Below, piece after piece: positions 9,735 to 19,436 of a stretch of DNA of 64,000 nucleotides. Source of the DNA: Candidatus Parcubacteria bacterium (GTDB lineage: Bacteria; Patescibacteriota; Minisyncoccia; Phycocordibacterales; EsbW-18); contig JBDKFZ010000017.1 in the NCBI GenBank assembly GCA_039798445.1, forward strand, positions 4,195-68,194. The letters are read 5' to 3'. The translations under genes were made by a program, and so were the position numbers. The notes under the pieces are model-generated. The model was not told the DNA's origin. It did no database searches and saw only the letters and a list, made by a program, of their open reading frames with translations. Within the stretch, counting starts at the first letter, position 1; each line of letters opens with the position of its first letter.

Positions 9735-11522
9735 ATGAAAACCAAATCGACTCAGAATAAGTATAAGACTTCCTGGGATTTCACCCTTTTGTATAAGAGT
9801 GACAATGATCCGCAGATTGAACGCGACATGGAGGAGATCGAACGAACGTGCGTGACGTTTGAAAAGAAGTATTCCAAAAAGGATTTTATATCGACGCCAT
9901 CAAAACTTCTTGCGGCACTCAAAGATTATGATGGACTCGAAGCGATAGTAAGCGCTGCGAAGCCGTGGTGGTACTTCGCTCTGCGCGCCGATTCCAACTC
10001 GGATGATACAAAACTCGCGGCTCGTTCGACGCACTATGAACAACGTCTCACCACTGCGACGAATCGCATCCAATTTTTTAGTCTCAAGATTGCTGCGATT
10101 CCCCAGTCGAAACATCGAGCCCTGGTTAATAACCCTGTGCTCAAAGCATACAAGTACTCGCTCGAACGCGCGTTCCGTGGTGCGAAGCATTGTCTTTCTG
10201 AAGGAGAAGAGCAGCTTTCATCTCTTTTGGATCAGACAAGTCACACGATGTGGGTGGATGGGGGTCAGAAGCTTCTTAATGAACGTACAATTCTCTGGAA
10301 AGGGAAGCCGATACCCGTTGCACAGGGAATCGCTCTATTGGCTGACCAGTCGATGAAAGATCGTCAGATTCTCAATACAAAGATCAATGAGACGCTCAAG
10401 GCGGCAAGCGGTTACAGTGAGATTGAGATTAATGCTGTGGTCAATCACAAGAAAGTACTTGATGAGCGTCGGAAGTTCTCCAAGCCATACAGCAGTACGG
10501 TTCTCTCATATCAAAATGACGATGCAACGGTTGAGAACGTCGTGGCGACTGTCTCGAAACGATTCGATATCAGTCATCGTTTCTATAAACTCCATGCAAA
10601 GTTGTTGGGGGTGAAGAAGACGACTACTGCTGATCGTGCGGCAAAAATCGGGAGCATCAAAAGGAAGTTCACGTTCCCTGAAGCTGTTGCACTCGTACGA
10701 GATTCATTCGAGTCCATCGATCCCCGATATGCTGCCGTTCTCGATCAATTTGTTGCCAATGGACAGATAGACGCTTATCCAAAAAAAGGTAAACGGGGTG
10801 GTGCGTACTGTTGGGGAGCAGGAAAGGAACACACATTCGTTCTCCTCAACCATGTGGATGACATTACGTCCACCGAGACTCTCGCACACGAAATGGGTCA
10901 CGCGATTCACACAGAGCTCTCAAACAAGCAACCGGCCCGATATCGCCATTACTCGACAGCAACTGCTGAGGTGGCAAGTACATTTTTCGAATGTATAGCA
11001 GGAGAGCTAATCGAGCAGAACCTCTCTGAGCGAGAACGTGTGGTTTTTCTTCACAATAAAATTCTGGGGGATGTGATGACCATTTTTAGACAGATTGCGT
11101 GTTTCAATTTCGAACTTGAATTGCATAAGCGCATACGAAAAGAAGGCCAGCTTTCGAAGGAGGTAATGGCACAACTTCTCGCCAAGCATCTCCGTTCATA
11201 CATGGGAGACGCGGTGAACGTAACCGAAGATGATGGTTATTTCTTTGCGTATTGGTCGCACATTCGCAATTTCTTCTACGTTTACACATACGCATTCGGG
11301 CAGATCGTCAGTCGCGCTCTTTTTGAAAAGTGGAAAGCTGATAAGAGCTATGCAAAGAAGATAGAGCAGTTTCTAAACGCTGGTGGTTCAATGACACCAG
11401 AGGATATTTTTGCAAGCATTGGTATCAATGTTCGTGATCCCAAGTTTTTCCTCGCAGGGCTCAAGGGAATCGAAAAAGATCTTGATCGACTTGAAGAAAT
11501 GTCTAAAAAGGCCTGGAAATAG
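9735..11522 (+). CDS. pepF: M3 family oligoendopeptidase F
   Basis: KRGGAYC, TLAHEMGH zinc motif, AEVASTFFE, FYVYTYAFG. Confidence 0.9.
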   Translation: MKTKSTQNKYKTSWDFTLLYKSDNDPQIERDMEEIERTCVTFEKKYSKKDFISTPSKLLAALKDYDGLEAIVSAAKPWWYFALRADSNSDDTKLAARSTHYEQRLTTATNRIQFFSLKIAAIPQSKHRALVNNPVLKAYKYSLERAFRGAKHCLSEGEEQLSSLLDQTSHTMWVDGGQKLLNERTILWKGKPIPVAQGIALLADQSMKDRQILNTKINETLKAASGYSEIEINAVVNHKKVLDERRKFSKPYSSTVLSYQNDDATVENVVATVSKRFDISHRFYKLHAKLLGVKKTTTADRAAKIGSIKRKFTFPEAVALVRDSFESIDPRYAAVLDQFVANGQIDAYPKKGKRGGAYCWGAGKEHTFVLLNHVDDITSTETLAHEMGHAIHTELSNKQPARYRHYSTATAEVASTFFECIAGELIEQNLSERERVVFLHNKILGDVMTIFRQIACFNFELELHKRIRKEGQLSKEVMAQLLAKHLRSYMGDAVNVTEDDGYFFAYWSHIRNFFYVYTYAFGQIVSRALFEKWKADKSYAKKIEQFLNAGGSMTPEDIFASIGINVRDPKFFLAGLKGIEKDLDRLEEMSKKAWK

Positions 11523-11537
11523 GGTAGTAGAGTGCTA

Positions 11538-11566
11538 TTGACTTTTAGCTAAAAATCATATACAGT
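11538..11566 (+). promoter_or_regulatory. sigma70 promoter of the secreted orphan
   Basis: TTGACT-17-TACAGT. Confidence 0.6.
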
Positions 11567-11648
11567 ATTGGGTAGAGATCTCAGGTCATTCGGACTCTAG
11601 AGATCACAAACAACGCAGCACCTTTCCAATTTCTGGAGGAATCAAGCC

Positions 11649-12362
11649 ATGAAGAACAATCTGTTGTTCGTCGCAGTCCTCGCGCTGTTCGCCCTCATCG
11701 CCGCACCCGCCGCACCCGCGGCAGCCGTCAGCATCTTCGCCGACGGCTTCGAAGGAGGTACGACGTGTGCCTGGTCATCCGGTGGTACGTGCATCATTCC
11801 GACGTTCATCGGCGACGATGCGTCGGTGGTCAATGGTTCTACCGCCGAGTACGAAGTCAGCTGGAGTCTGGAGAACGTCCATAACGGACCTGTCTTCCAG
11901 TCAAAGGTCATGTGTCGCGACCTCAACACGGTGAATTGCGGGATGTCGTTCACCATCCGCAAGGCCGATGGCACCATCTACACCGGTGGCGTTATGGCCG
12001 TCCAGTTGTCGTCGTCGAATTCGGCACTCGACAGTCCCACCCACTGGGGTATGGCGGGCAACGGAGCGGACCGCCCGTTCTCGGCGTTCATCGCCCTGAA
12101 CAACACAAATGGTACGGTTGGTTCGTACCGTGCGCGTGTCGAAGGCGTCTCATACGCCTTCGACAGCAACGATATGGTGGGCGATCGATTGCTCACCATG
12201 GGATACCAGACGGATCTGGTCAACCTCCTCAACGTTCAACCGTTGGGAGACCAGACCGAAGCGCTCCTCGATGCGCTTCCATATCCGCTCTGGAAGCCGG
12301 ATGTCGAGACCTTCATCGAGACGGCGGCCGGCAGCGGCGTGTTCAACAGAATCACTCAGTAA
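11649..12362 (+). CDS. Secreted hypothetical protein with IFADGFE motif
   Basis: Sec signal peptide (MKNNLLFVAVLALFALIAAPAAPAAA), GGAGG SD, GC-rich codons. Confidence 0.8.
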   Translation: MKNNLLFVAVLALFALIAAPAAPAAAVSIFADGFEGGTTCAWSSGGTCIIPTFIGDDASVVNGSTAEYEVSWSLENVHNGPVFQSKVMCRDLNTVNCGMSFTIRKADGTIYTGGVMAVQLSSSNSALDSPTHWGMAGNGADRPFSAFIALNNTNGTVGSYRARVEGVSYAFDSNDMVGDRLLTMGYQTDLVNLLNVQPLGDQTEALLDALPYPLWKPDVETFIETAAGSGVFNRITQ

Positions 12363-12390
12363 CCTGTAACTGCACGATGCTTTACAGGTC

Positions 12391-12420
12391 AGGGCCTCCG
12401 CTCACGCGCGAGGCCCTTTC
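12391..12420 (+). terminator. Intrinsic terminator
   Basis: AGGGCCTC...GAGGCCCT followed by TT; preceded by a second hairpin ACCTGTAA...TTACAGGT. Confidence 0.55.
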
Positions 12421-12462
12421 CTATTGGCAACAATTATTTGACACGTTTGATACTATAGATAC

Positions 12463-13206
12463 ATGTTGATTCTCATTTCCATCGCAGCATTCATCGCCAC
12501 CTTTGCCGGTGGTCTTTTGGCGCTCCGTTTCCGCGACAAACTCCACTTGGTTCTGGGATTCAGTGCCGGTGCTGTTATCGCGGTCGCATTCTTTGACCTC
12601 ATTCCCGAAGCCTTCGAACTTGCGGCAGGATTCCGCGAACCTACGACGATTGCGCTTTATATGGCGATCGGATTCTTTGCGTATCTCTTCATTGACCGCC
12701 TCCTCTTCTTTCATGCTTCACGACGTGAAGAACAGGATCACGGGATGGATATGCATGAGCATGCTCACACGCACGTCGGGGGATTGGGTGCGGGAGGATT
12801 GGTCGCCCACAGCTTCTTTGACGGTATCGCTGTTGGTCTCGCGTTTCAGGTGTCAGTCGAAGTCGGTGCGCTCGTTGCAACGGCGGTTCTCATCCACAAG
12901 ATTTCTGACGGCATCAGCACGGTGGGCGTTGTTCTTAAAGAAGAGGGAAGCCAAGGTCGTGCGATCAAATGGCTCACCTTCGCAGCAGTGGCTCCCGTTC
13001 TTGGCGTACTCTCAACCGCGGCAATCTCTATTCCCGAGAACGCACTCGGCGTCATGCTCGCAGTCTTTGCTGGGTTCTTCATCTACATGGGCGCGTCCGA
13101 TCTTATTCCCGAAAGTCATCACGCACACCCGAAGCTTCTCACGACGGTGATGACATTCCTTGGTGCGGGCGTTTTGTATGCCGCGATTAGCTTTGCGGGG
13201 GTGTAG
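12463..13206 (+). CDS. ZIP family metal transporter
   Basis: Multi-TM, GFSAG, DLIPEA, His-rich loop, HSFFDG, HKISDG. Confidence 0.9.
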   Translation: MLILISIAAFIATFAGGLLALRFRDKLHLVLGFSAGAVIAVAFFDLIPEAFELAAGFREPTTIALYMAIGFFAYLFIDRLLFFHASRREEQDHGMDMHEHAHTHVGGLGAGGLVAHSFFDGIAVGLAFQVSVEVGALVATAVLIHKISDGISTVGVVLKEEGSQGRAIKWLTFAAVAPVLGVLSTAAISIPENALGVMLAVFAGFFIYMGASDLIPESHHAHPKLLTTVMTFLGAGVLYAAISFAGV

Positions 13207-13286
13207 GGGATGGACTTATCGGTCGTTCTCTTGTATTATCTCCCCATCAGGCCTTCGGGCTTTTTTGTTTCTATCTATAAAATCCC

Positions 13287-15068
13287 ATGGAAATCCGCAA
13301 CATCGCCATCATCGCTCACGTCGACCACGGTAAGACCACTCTTACTGACGCTATTTTGCGTCAGGGTGGTGTTGAGGAAGAAGGTGTATCCATGGACTCG
13401 AATGCTCTCGAACAGGAGCGTGGTATCACCATTTACGCCAAGAACACCTCGGTCCCGTACAAGGGAACAAAGATCAACATTCTCGACACACCAGGTCACG
13501 CGGACTTTGGTTCCGAAGTCGAGCGCGTGTTGCGTTCGATCGACTCCGTTCTCCTCGTTGTTGACGCTCAAGAAGGTCCAATGCCTCAGACACGCTTCGT
13601 CCTTAAGAAGTCACTCGAGCTTGGTCTCAAGCCAATCGTCGTCATCAACAAGATCGACAAGCCTGCCGCTGATCCTGCACGCTGTGAAGAACAGGTCCTC
13701 GAATTGTTCCTCGAGCTTGGTGCATCTGACGAACAGGCAAACTTTCCTGTCGTCTACGCGATCGGCCGCATGGGTATCGCCAAGGTAAAACTCGACGAAG
13801 ATTCAAAGGATCTCTCACCACTTCTCGAAGTCATCCTTTCACACGTCCCTCCTGCTTCATCAGCATCATCCGAGGCGCCTCTTTTGGCCCAGCCTTTTAA
13901 CCTCGCATACGACAACTTCCTCGGACGTCTCGCCGTTGCTCGTATCTATCAGGGCACTATCAGCATGGGACAGACTGTCAGCATCAAAAAGCCTGATGGT
14001 CACATTCGAACCGGTAAGATCACCAAACTCTTCACATTCAACGGCCTTCAGCGTGTTGATGTTCCATCGGCTGGTGCTGGTGACATTGTTTTGGTTGCCG
14101 GTCTTTCTGACATCTATATCGGTGAGACGATCTGTTCAGATCCCGAGAGCGAACCGCTTCCTGCCATCGCCGTCGATGAACCAACTATCGTTCTCACATT
14201 CCTCGTCAACAACTCTCCCTTTGCCGGAAAAGAAGGTAAGTTCGTTACGTCACGTCAGATCCGCGAGCGTCTCGAACGCGAGCTCGAAGTGAACGTCGGT
14301 TTGCGTCTTTCATTCCCAACTCCAGATACATTTGAAGTTTATGGTCGTGGTGAACTCCACATCGCCGTTCTCCTTGAAACGATGCGTCGTGAAGGATTTG
14401 AACTCCAGGTCTCTCAGCCAAAGGCCATCATGAAGGAAGAAGACGGAGTCGTCCTTGAACCGTTCGAGGAAGTTGTTGTCGACACGCCGAACGAATTCCA
14501 AGGCGTCATCATCGAACGTTTGAGCAACCGTGGTTTCGTCATGCAAAACATGCATGCACACGACCTCACAACGCGCATCACGTTCGAAGGACCAACACGT
14601 GGTCTCCTTGGATACCGTAACCAGTTTGTCGTCGACACACGTGGTGAGGGTATCCTTGCATCGCACTTCGTCGGATTCCGTAAGTACGCGGGAGAAATTA
14701 AGAAGCGCGCGGTCGGCTCGATGGTTACTATGGTTTCCGGCAAGACGCTCGGCTTCTCGCTCTGGGGTCTTCAGGACCGCGGTATCCTCTATGTCGGTCC
14801 TGCTGTCGAAGTGTACGAAGGCATGGTGATTGGTAACACCTCAAAGGGTGAAGAGATGATGGTGAACCCGACCAAAGGTAAGCAGCTTACCAACATGCGC
14901 GCATCGGGTACCGACGAAGCGATGGATCTCGTTCCACCAATCGATTTGACCATCGAACGCGGTCTCGAGTTCATGACCGAAGACGAATACCTCGAAATCA
15001 CTCCCAAGAGCGTTCGCTTGCGCAAGCAGTTCCTCAGCGAGAACGAGCGTGCTAAGTCCCGCCGATAG
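13287..15068 (+). CDS. typA: Translational GTPase TypA/BipA
   Basis: AHVDHGKTTL, DTPGHADF, NKID, GRGELH, NMRASGTD. Confidence 0.97.
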   Translation: MEIRNIAIIAHVDHGKTTLTDAILRQGGVEEEGVSMDSNALEQERGITIYAKNTSVPYKGTKINILDTPGHADFGSEVERVLRSIDSVLLVVDAQEGPMPQTRFVLKKSLELGLKPIVVINKIDKPAADPARCEEQVLELFLELGASDEQANFPVVYAIGRMGIAKVKLDEDSKDLSPLLEVILSHVPPASSASSEAPLLAQPFNLAYDNFLGRLAVARIYQGTISMGQTVSIKKPDGHIRTGKITKLFTFNGLQRVDVPSAGAGDIVLVAGLSDIYIGETICSDPESEPLPAIAVDEPTIVLTFLVNNSPFAGKEGKFVTSRQIRERLERELEVNVGLRLSFPTPDTFEVYGRGELHIAVLLETMRREGFELQVSQPKAIMKEEDGVVLEPFEEVVVDTPNEFQGVIIERLSNRGFVMQNMHAHDLTTRITFEGPTRGLLGYRNQFVVDTRGEGILASHFVGFRKYAGEIKKRAVGSMVTMVSGKTLGFSLWGLQDRGILYVGPAVEVYEGMVIGNTSKGEEMMVNPTKGKQLTNMRASGTDEAMDLVPPIDLTIERGLEFMTEDEYLEITPKSVRLRKQFLSENERAKSRR

Positions 15069-15087
15069 TCCTTATTTCACAAAGTAT

Positions 15088-15116
15088 AAAACGACCCCCA
15101 CGAGGGGGTCGTTTTT
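15088..15116 (+). terminator. Intrinsic terminator after typA
   Basis: AAAACGACCCCC/GGGGGTCGTTTT perfect stem with U-tract. Confidence 0.85.
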
Positions 15117-15162
15117 CGTATGTTTGTTTTATTTCGGAGTGAACGAACGTACAATGGTGTCT

Positions 15163-16362
15163 ATGGAACCGCTCGCATCGCGTATTCGCCCAAAGAACCT
15201 AAAAGAGTTCGTAGGACAAAAACATCTCACCGGGGTGGGGAAGCCGCTTCGCGTTGCAATCGAAAAGAAGCATCTCTCATCGTTTATCTTGTGGGGTCCG
15301 CCAGGTGTTGGAAAGACAACGCTCGCGCGTCTCTACGCGCAGGCGCTTGATGCCCGTTTCTACGAACTTTCTGCTGTTAACGCCGGCAAAGACGATATCA
15401 AAGCAATTGTTGCAGAAGGAAAAGGCGAGCTCACGTTTGACGCTCGTCCCAAGGTCTTGTTTCTCGACGAGATCCATCGTTTCAACAAATCACAGCAGGA
15501 TTTCTTGTTGCCGTTCGTCGAATCAGGGGAGCTGACGCTCATCGGTGCAACGACCGAGAATCCGAGCTTTGAGGTGATTGCACCGCTTCTCTCACGTACG
15601 CGCGTATTCACGCTCAATGAGCTCGATGCTGATGACATGACCGCAATCCTGAAGCGGACGAAGATTTCACTCCTCAAAGATGCACGCGAGTGGCTCATTT
15701 TGATGGCCAACGGTGATGCGCGTCAGATGCTGACACTCCTTGATGCGACGACCCAGCTCTATGGAAAGGTGACACTCGAGAATCTCAAAAACACACTCCA
15801 ATCGAAGCATCTTCGGTATGACAAGAAAGGGGAGGAGCACTTCAACACCATCAGTGCGTTTATCAAAAGCATGCGTGCGAGCCAACCCGATGCTGCGCTC
15901 TACTACCTTGCACGAATGATTGATGCAGGAGAAGATGCCAAGTTCATCGCACGCCGCATGGTTATCTTCGCCTCCGAAGATATTGGTGTCTCGCAGCCGA
16001 CTGCGCTTGTTGTCGCAAACGAAGTGTTTCGCGCGGTCGAAACAATTGGCTATCCGGAGTGTCGGCTCAACTTGGCTCATGGTGTTGTCTATCTTTCGCT
16101 CGCTCCAAAGGATAGACGAATCTACGATGCGCTCGGCGCTGCACAAAAAGACGTGCAACAGTACGGCAATCTCCCAGTTCCGATGAGTATCCGCAATGCA
16201 TCGACGAAGCTCATGAAAGAAATCGGCTACGGAAAAGGATACGAACGATATACCAAAGATGATTTGCTTCCGGATAAAGTAAAAGGTCGCACCTACTTCG
16301 AAAAAGAGCTGCCAGTGGACACTCCATTCAAAAAGGGAAAAAAGAGCGATAGTTCGGTATAG
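15163..16362 (+). CDS. rarA: Replication-associated recombination protein A (RarA/MgsA)
   Basis: PLASRIRP, GPPGVGKTT, DEIHRFNKSQQD, ATTENPSF, ASEDIG. Confidence 0.95.
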   Translation: MEPLASRIRPKNLKEFVGQKHLTGVGKPLRVAIEKKHLSSFILWGPPGVGKTTLARLYAQALDARFYELSAVNAGKDDIKAIVAEGKGELTFDARPKVLFLDEIHRFNKSQQDFLLPFVESGELTLIGATTENPSFEVIAPLLSRTRVFTLNELDADDMTAILKRTKISLLKDAREWLILMANGDARQMLTLLDATTQLYGKVTLENLKNTLQSKHLRYDKKGEEHFNTISAFIKSMRASQPDAALYYLARMIDAGEDAKFIARRMVIFASEDIGVSQPTALVVANEVFRAVETIGYPECRLNLAHGVVYLSLAPKDRRIYDALGAAQKDVQQYGNLPVPMSIRNASTKLMKEIGYGKGYERYTKDDLLPDKVKGRTYFEKELPVDTPFKKGKKSDSSV

Positions 16363-16370
16363 TTCTCTAT

Positions 16371-16964
16371 ATGGAAGCCCTTTCTCCTGTCATCGCTGTT
16401 CTCGGCCCACTCTTTGGAGAACATGTATATCTTTTGCTTTTCGTTGCGCTTTTCTTGGCAGGCGAGAGTATCTTCTTGCCCGCAGTCTATCTGGCTCTTG
16501 CCGGCAAACTTGATCTCAAAGTTGTAGTGATGCTTACACTCTCAGCGAATATTCTCTCTGACCTTGTGAGTTATGGAATCGGACACTATATTCCCGAAGA
16601 ACGCCTCCGCCGTTTTGTTGGTCCGCGCATCTCGCGGGGTATGGATGCCATTCAGGAGTTCTTCGTCAACCATAGTCTGAAAGTGGTCTTCGGTTCGAAG
16701 TTTGTCTACGGGACTCGGACTGTCGCCCATATCTTGGCGGGGGCTTTCAAGACCCCATTCACGCCGTATCTCGCTGTTAATATCTTGAGCAATGTCATCT
16801 TGAGCGGTGCACTTACCGGTCTTGCTATTGGAACGAAATCCTCGGTTGAAACGCTTTCTCAGGGTGTGTATTCGGCACAGATAGCATTCCTTGTTTTTGT
16901 AGTTCTCGTTATTGTTGGGCATCTTCTTATCGGCCGTATCATATCCCGCACATGGTCTCGGTAA
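16371..16964 (+). CDS. DedA/VTT family membrane protein
   Basis: Hydrophobic, SDLVSYGIG, SKFVYGTR. Confidence 0.8.
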   Translation: MEALSPVIAVLGPLFGEHVYLLLFVALFLAGESIFLPAVYLALAGKLDLKVVVMLTLSANILSDLVSYGIGHYIPEERLRRFVGPRISRGMDAIQEFFVNHSLKVVFGSKFVYGTRTVAHILAGAFKTPFTPYLAVNILSNVILSGALTGLAIGTKSSVETLSQGVYSAQIAFLVFVVLVIVGHLLIGRIISRTWSR

Positions 16965-17635
16965 TTATTCCAGCATTCGATGAGGAAAAGACAATTGCCA
17001 CTGTCGTGGCCGTCGCTCGCACACATCCTCAGGTAGCCGAAGTTATTGTTGTGGATGATGGTTCGACGGACGATACTGCGGCTCGGGCAGAAGTGGCTGG
17101 TGCACGGGTTGTCTCGCTTAAGAAGAATGGTGGAAAGGCTCAAGCGATGGAAGCGGGGGTCGAGAGCGCAACGAACGGCGTCGTTCTTTTTCTTGATGCA
17201 GATCTCATTGGTCTCACCCATGAACACATTAATCGCATCATTGGTCCGGTGATGGATGGCAGTCGTGACATGCATGTGGGAATCCATGCACGCCACTCGT
17301 TTTGGCTCAATAAGCTTTTGCGGGTATTTCCCATCATCGGTGGGGAACGGGCGGTCCGTGTTTCTTTGTGGCGATCCGTGCCAGCTGGCTACAAGAAACG
17401 TTTTCAAATCGAAATTGCACTTAATTATTTTTCAAAACAGGCAGGACGGGGGATGTCATTCGAGATCATCCGTGGCCTCGGGCGCGTTATCAAAGAAAAG
17501 AAATATGGAGTCCTCAGAGGCTTTATTGCCCGTCTCTGGATGATAGGCGATATCGTCGCGATATCATTCAATCTCTACATCTTTAAGGAGATTAGGAAAC
17601 CATTTGATATACTTACCACATGGATAGCATCATGA
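16952..17635 (+). CDS. Glycosyltransferase family 2
   Basis: VIIPAFDEE, VVDDGSTDDT, GKAQA, FLDADL. Confidence 0.9.
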   Translation: MVSVIIPAFDEEKTIATVVAVARTHPQVAEVIVVDDGSTDDTAARAEVAGARVVSLKKNGGKAQAMEAGVESATNGVVLFLDADLIGLTHEHINRIIGPVMDGSRDMHVGIHARHSFWLNKLLRVFPIIGGERAVRVSLWRSVPAGYKKRFQIEIALNYFSKQAGRGMSFEIIRGLGRVIKEKKYGVLRGFIARLWMIGDIVAISFNLYIFKEIRKPFDILTTWIAS

Positions 17636-17874
17636 AATCAGAGATTTTCTTTGTCATTGCTTCTGTCGGCGTCATTGTTATTACAATTGGTGTCTCAATC
17701 GCACTTTTCTATATCATTAGGCTCCTCAAGACCGTTGATGAGGTCTCTGCAGACGTCAAAGAACACATCGCCGCATTTGGCTCGTGGGTCCGTGGCAATG
17801 CGCTCACCAAACGGTTTTTTGCCGGCGCTCGAAAGCCTCGTAAGAAACGAGCTTCTGGTACGGCAGAGGAGTGA
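17632..17874 (+). CDS. Small single-TM protein (DUF948-like)
   Basis: ATGA overlap with the GT2 stop; N-terminal TM then helical region. Confidence 0.6.
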   Translation: MKSEIFFVIASVGVIVITIGVSIALFYIIRLLKTVDEVSADVKEHIAAFGSWVRGNALTKRFFAGARKPRKKRASGTAEE

Positions 17875-17920
17875 TAGAATAAAAGGGTCGGTATTGTTCA
17901 GCAGTAATCATTCATTCGGT

Positions 17921-18310
17921 ATGGTACAGAAAAAATCAAGCGGCGCAGGAGTAGCGGTCGCGGTCGGAGCAAGCGCAGCAGCTCTCGGCGCGGCCGCGTA
18001 TTATCTTTTTGGTCCTCAAGGCAAACAGCACCGCGTTAAGGCGCAGGGTTGGATGATCAAAATGAAGGGTGAGGTCATCGAACGCCTCGAAGATCTCAAA
18101 GAGGTGAGCGAACCGGTTTACAACCAGGTCGTCGAAGCAGTCGCAACAAAGTATGCGAAGGAGTCGAAGACATCAAAGAAGGACATCCTCGCACTCGCAG
18201 CCGACCTCAAGAAGGGTTGGCGTTCGATTGTCGCATCGACACAGAGCAAAAAGAAGCCTGCACGAAAGACTAAGCCGGTAATGAAGAAGGCGGCCAAGAA
18301 GACCAAATAG
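17921..18310 (+). CDS. YtxH-like protein
   Basis: Gly/Ala-rich hydrophobic segment, YLFGPQGK, Lys-rich helical tail. Confidence 0.65.
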   Translation: MVQKKSSGAGVAVAVGASAAALGAAAYYLFGPQGKQHRVKAQGWMIKMKGEVIERLEDLKEVSEPVYNQVVEAVATKYAKESKTSKKDILALAADLKKGWRSIVASTQSKKKPARKTKPVMKKAAKKTK

Positions 18311-18345
18311 TTCTTATCAACCGTTATCAGCGCTAACGTATCACC

Positions 18346-18498
18346 ATGCTCACTACCATTGCAGTCATCTTGTTGGTACTCTGGCTCTTGGGAATCGTCA
18401 CCTCGTATACAATCGGCGGATTCATCCACGTTTTGCTCGTCGTAGCAATCGTGATTTTCCTTCTCCGTATTATCCGCGGTGAGAATCCCCTCAAGTAA
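18346..18498 (+). CDS. lmo0937 family small membrane protein, 50 aa
   Basis: Manual translation MLTTIAVILLVLWLLGIVTSYTIGGFIHVLLVVAIVIFLLRIIRG matches the family pattern. Confidence 0.85.
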   Translation: MLTTIAVILLVLWLLGIVTSYTIGGFIHVLLVVAIVIFLLRIIRGENPLK

Positions 18499-18538
18499 AT
18501 TAAAAGCAGTAATTAATCGGTTAAATAACATCATATCT

Positions 18539-18727
18539 ATGAACAACGAATCAAGCTCAACAAACACAGTCCTCATCGTCATTGTCCTTCTCTTGCTCGT
18601 CGGTTTCGGCGTCTGGTGGTTCGCACGAACCCCAGCTCCTGCAACGACTGAGGACACTGGCGGCGGTATCGAGATCGAAGTCAACGGCGGTACGGGTGAG
18701 ACTCCAAGCGAGACTCCTGCTAACTAG
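18539..18727 (+). CDS. Small single-TM hypothetical protein
   Basis: MNNESSSTNTVLIVIVLLLLVGFGVWWF, followed by a terminator. Confidence 0.7.
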   Translation: MNNESSSTNTVLIVIVLLLLVGFGVWWFARTPAPATTEDTGGGIEIEVNGGTGETPSETPAN

Positions 18728-18742
18728 TCAAAAAAGATTTTT

Positions 18743-18776
18743 AAAACAGCCTCGTCGAAAGACGGGGCTGTTTTTG
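18743..18776 (+). terminator. Intrinsic terminator
   Basis: AAAACAGCCTCGTC-GAAA-GACGGGGCTGTTTTT. Confidence 0.8.
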
Positions 18777-18809
18777 TGCTGACTATGCGGTGCGCTATAC
18801 TTTACCCAT

Positions 18810-19433
18810 ATGAAACAAACACGCCTCGACCAGCTTGCTGACGGCATATTCGCGATTGTTATGACGCTCTTGGTGCTCGAGATCCGAGTACCAGCCATTG
18901 ATGGGGCGCTTACGAATGACGCCGTGGTTCAGCTGTTGTTCTCAGCGATGCCACTTTTCCTCAGCTACTTGCTGAGCTTTATGCTTCTCTTCACATACTG
19001 GCGCGGTCACCACTACATCGCTTCGGTGCTCGCAAAGAACATTGATACGACGCTTACGACGATCAACGCATTCTTCTTCCTCTTTGTTGGCCTTGTCCCG
19101 TTCTCCACACTCCTTCTTGGTAAATATGGCATGACACAAGCTGCGGTCATCATCTATGGCGTGCACATCATCATCATTGGCCTCTTGCTCTACTGGATGC
19201 GTCAGTATGTGATTGCATCGCCGACGATTCGCAATTCCGAGATTGACCACACATTGCTTCGCCATGGTACGATTCGTCTCTTGTTCCCAGTCATCAGTGC
19301 TGTCGTCGCAATCGCAATCAGCTTTGTGAATACTGAATTCTCACTCTTCATCTTTACGCTCGCAATTCTCTTCAACCTCTCAGCACGTAGCACGACGCTC
19401 TTCGAAAAGGTGGTTCCTATCGGTTCTCTTTAA
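18810..19433 (+). CDS. TMEM175 family potassium channel
   Basis: RLDQLADGIFAIVMTLLVLEI, YWRGHH, VPFST. Confidence 0.9.
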   Translation: MKQTRLDQLADGIFAIVMTLLVLEIRVPAIDGALTNDAVVQLLFSAMPLFLSYLLSFMLLFTYWRGHHYIASVLAKNIDTTLTTINAFFFLFVGLVPFSTLLLGKYGMTQAAVIIYGVHIIIIGLLLYWMRQYVIASPTIRNSEIDHTLLRHGTIRLLFPVISAVVAIAISFVNTEFSLFIFTLAILFNLSARSTTLFEKVVPIGSL

Positions 19434-19436
19434 TCT

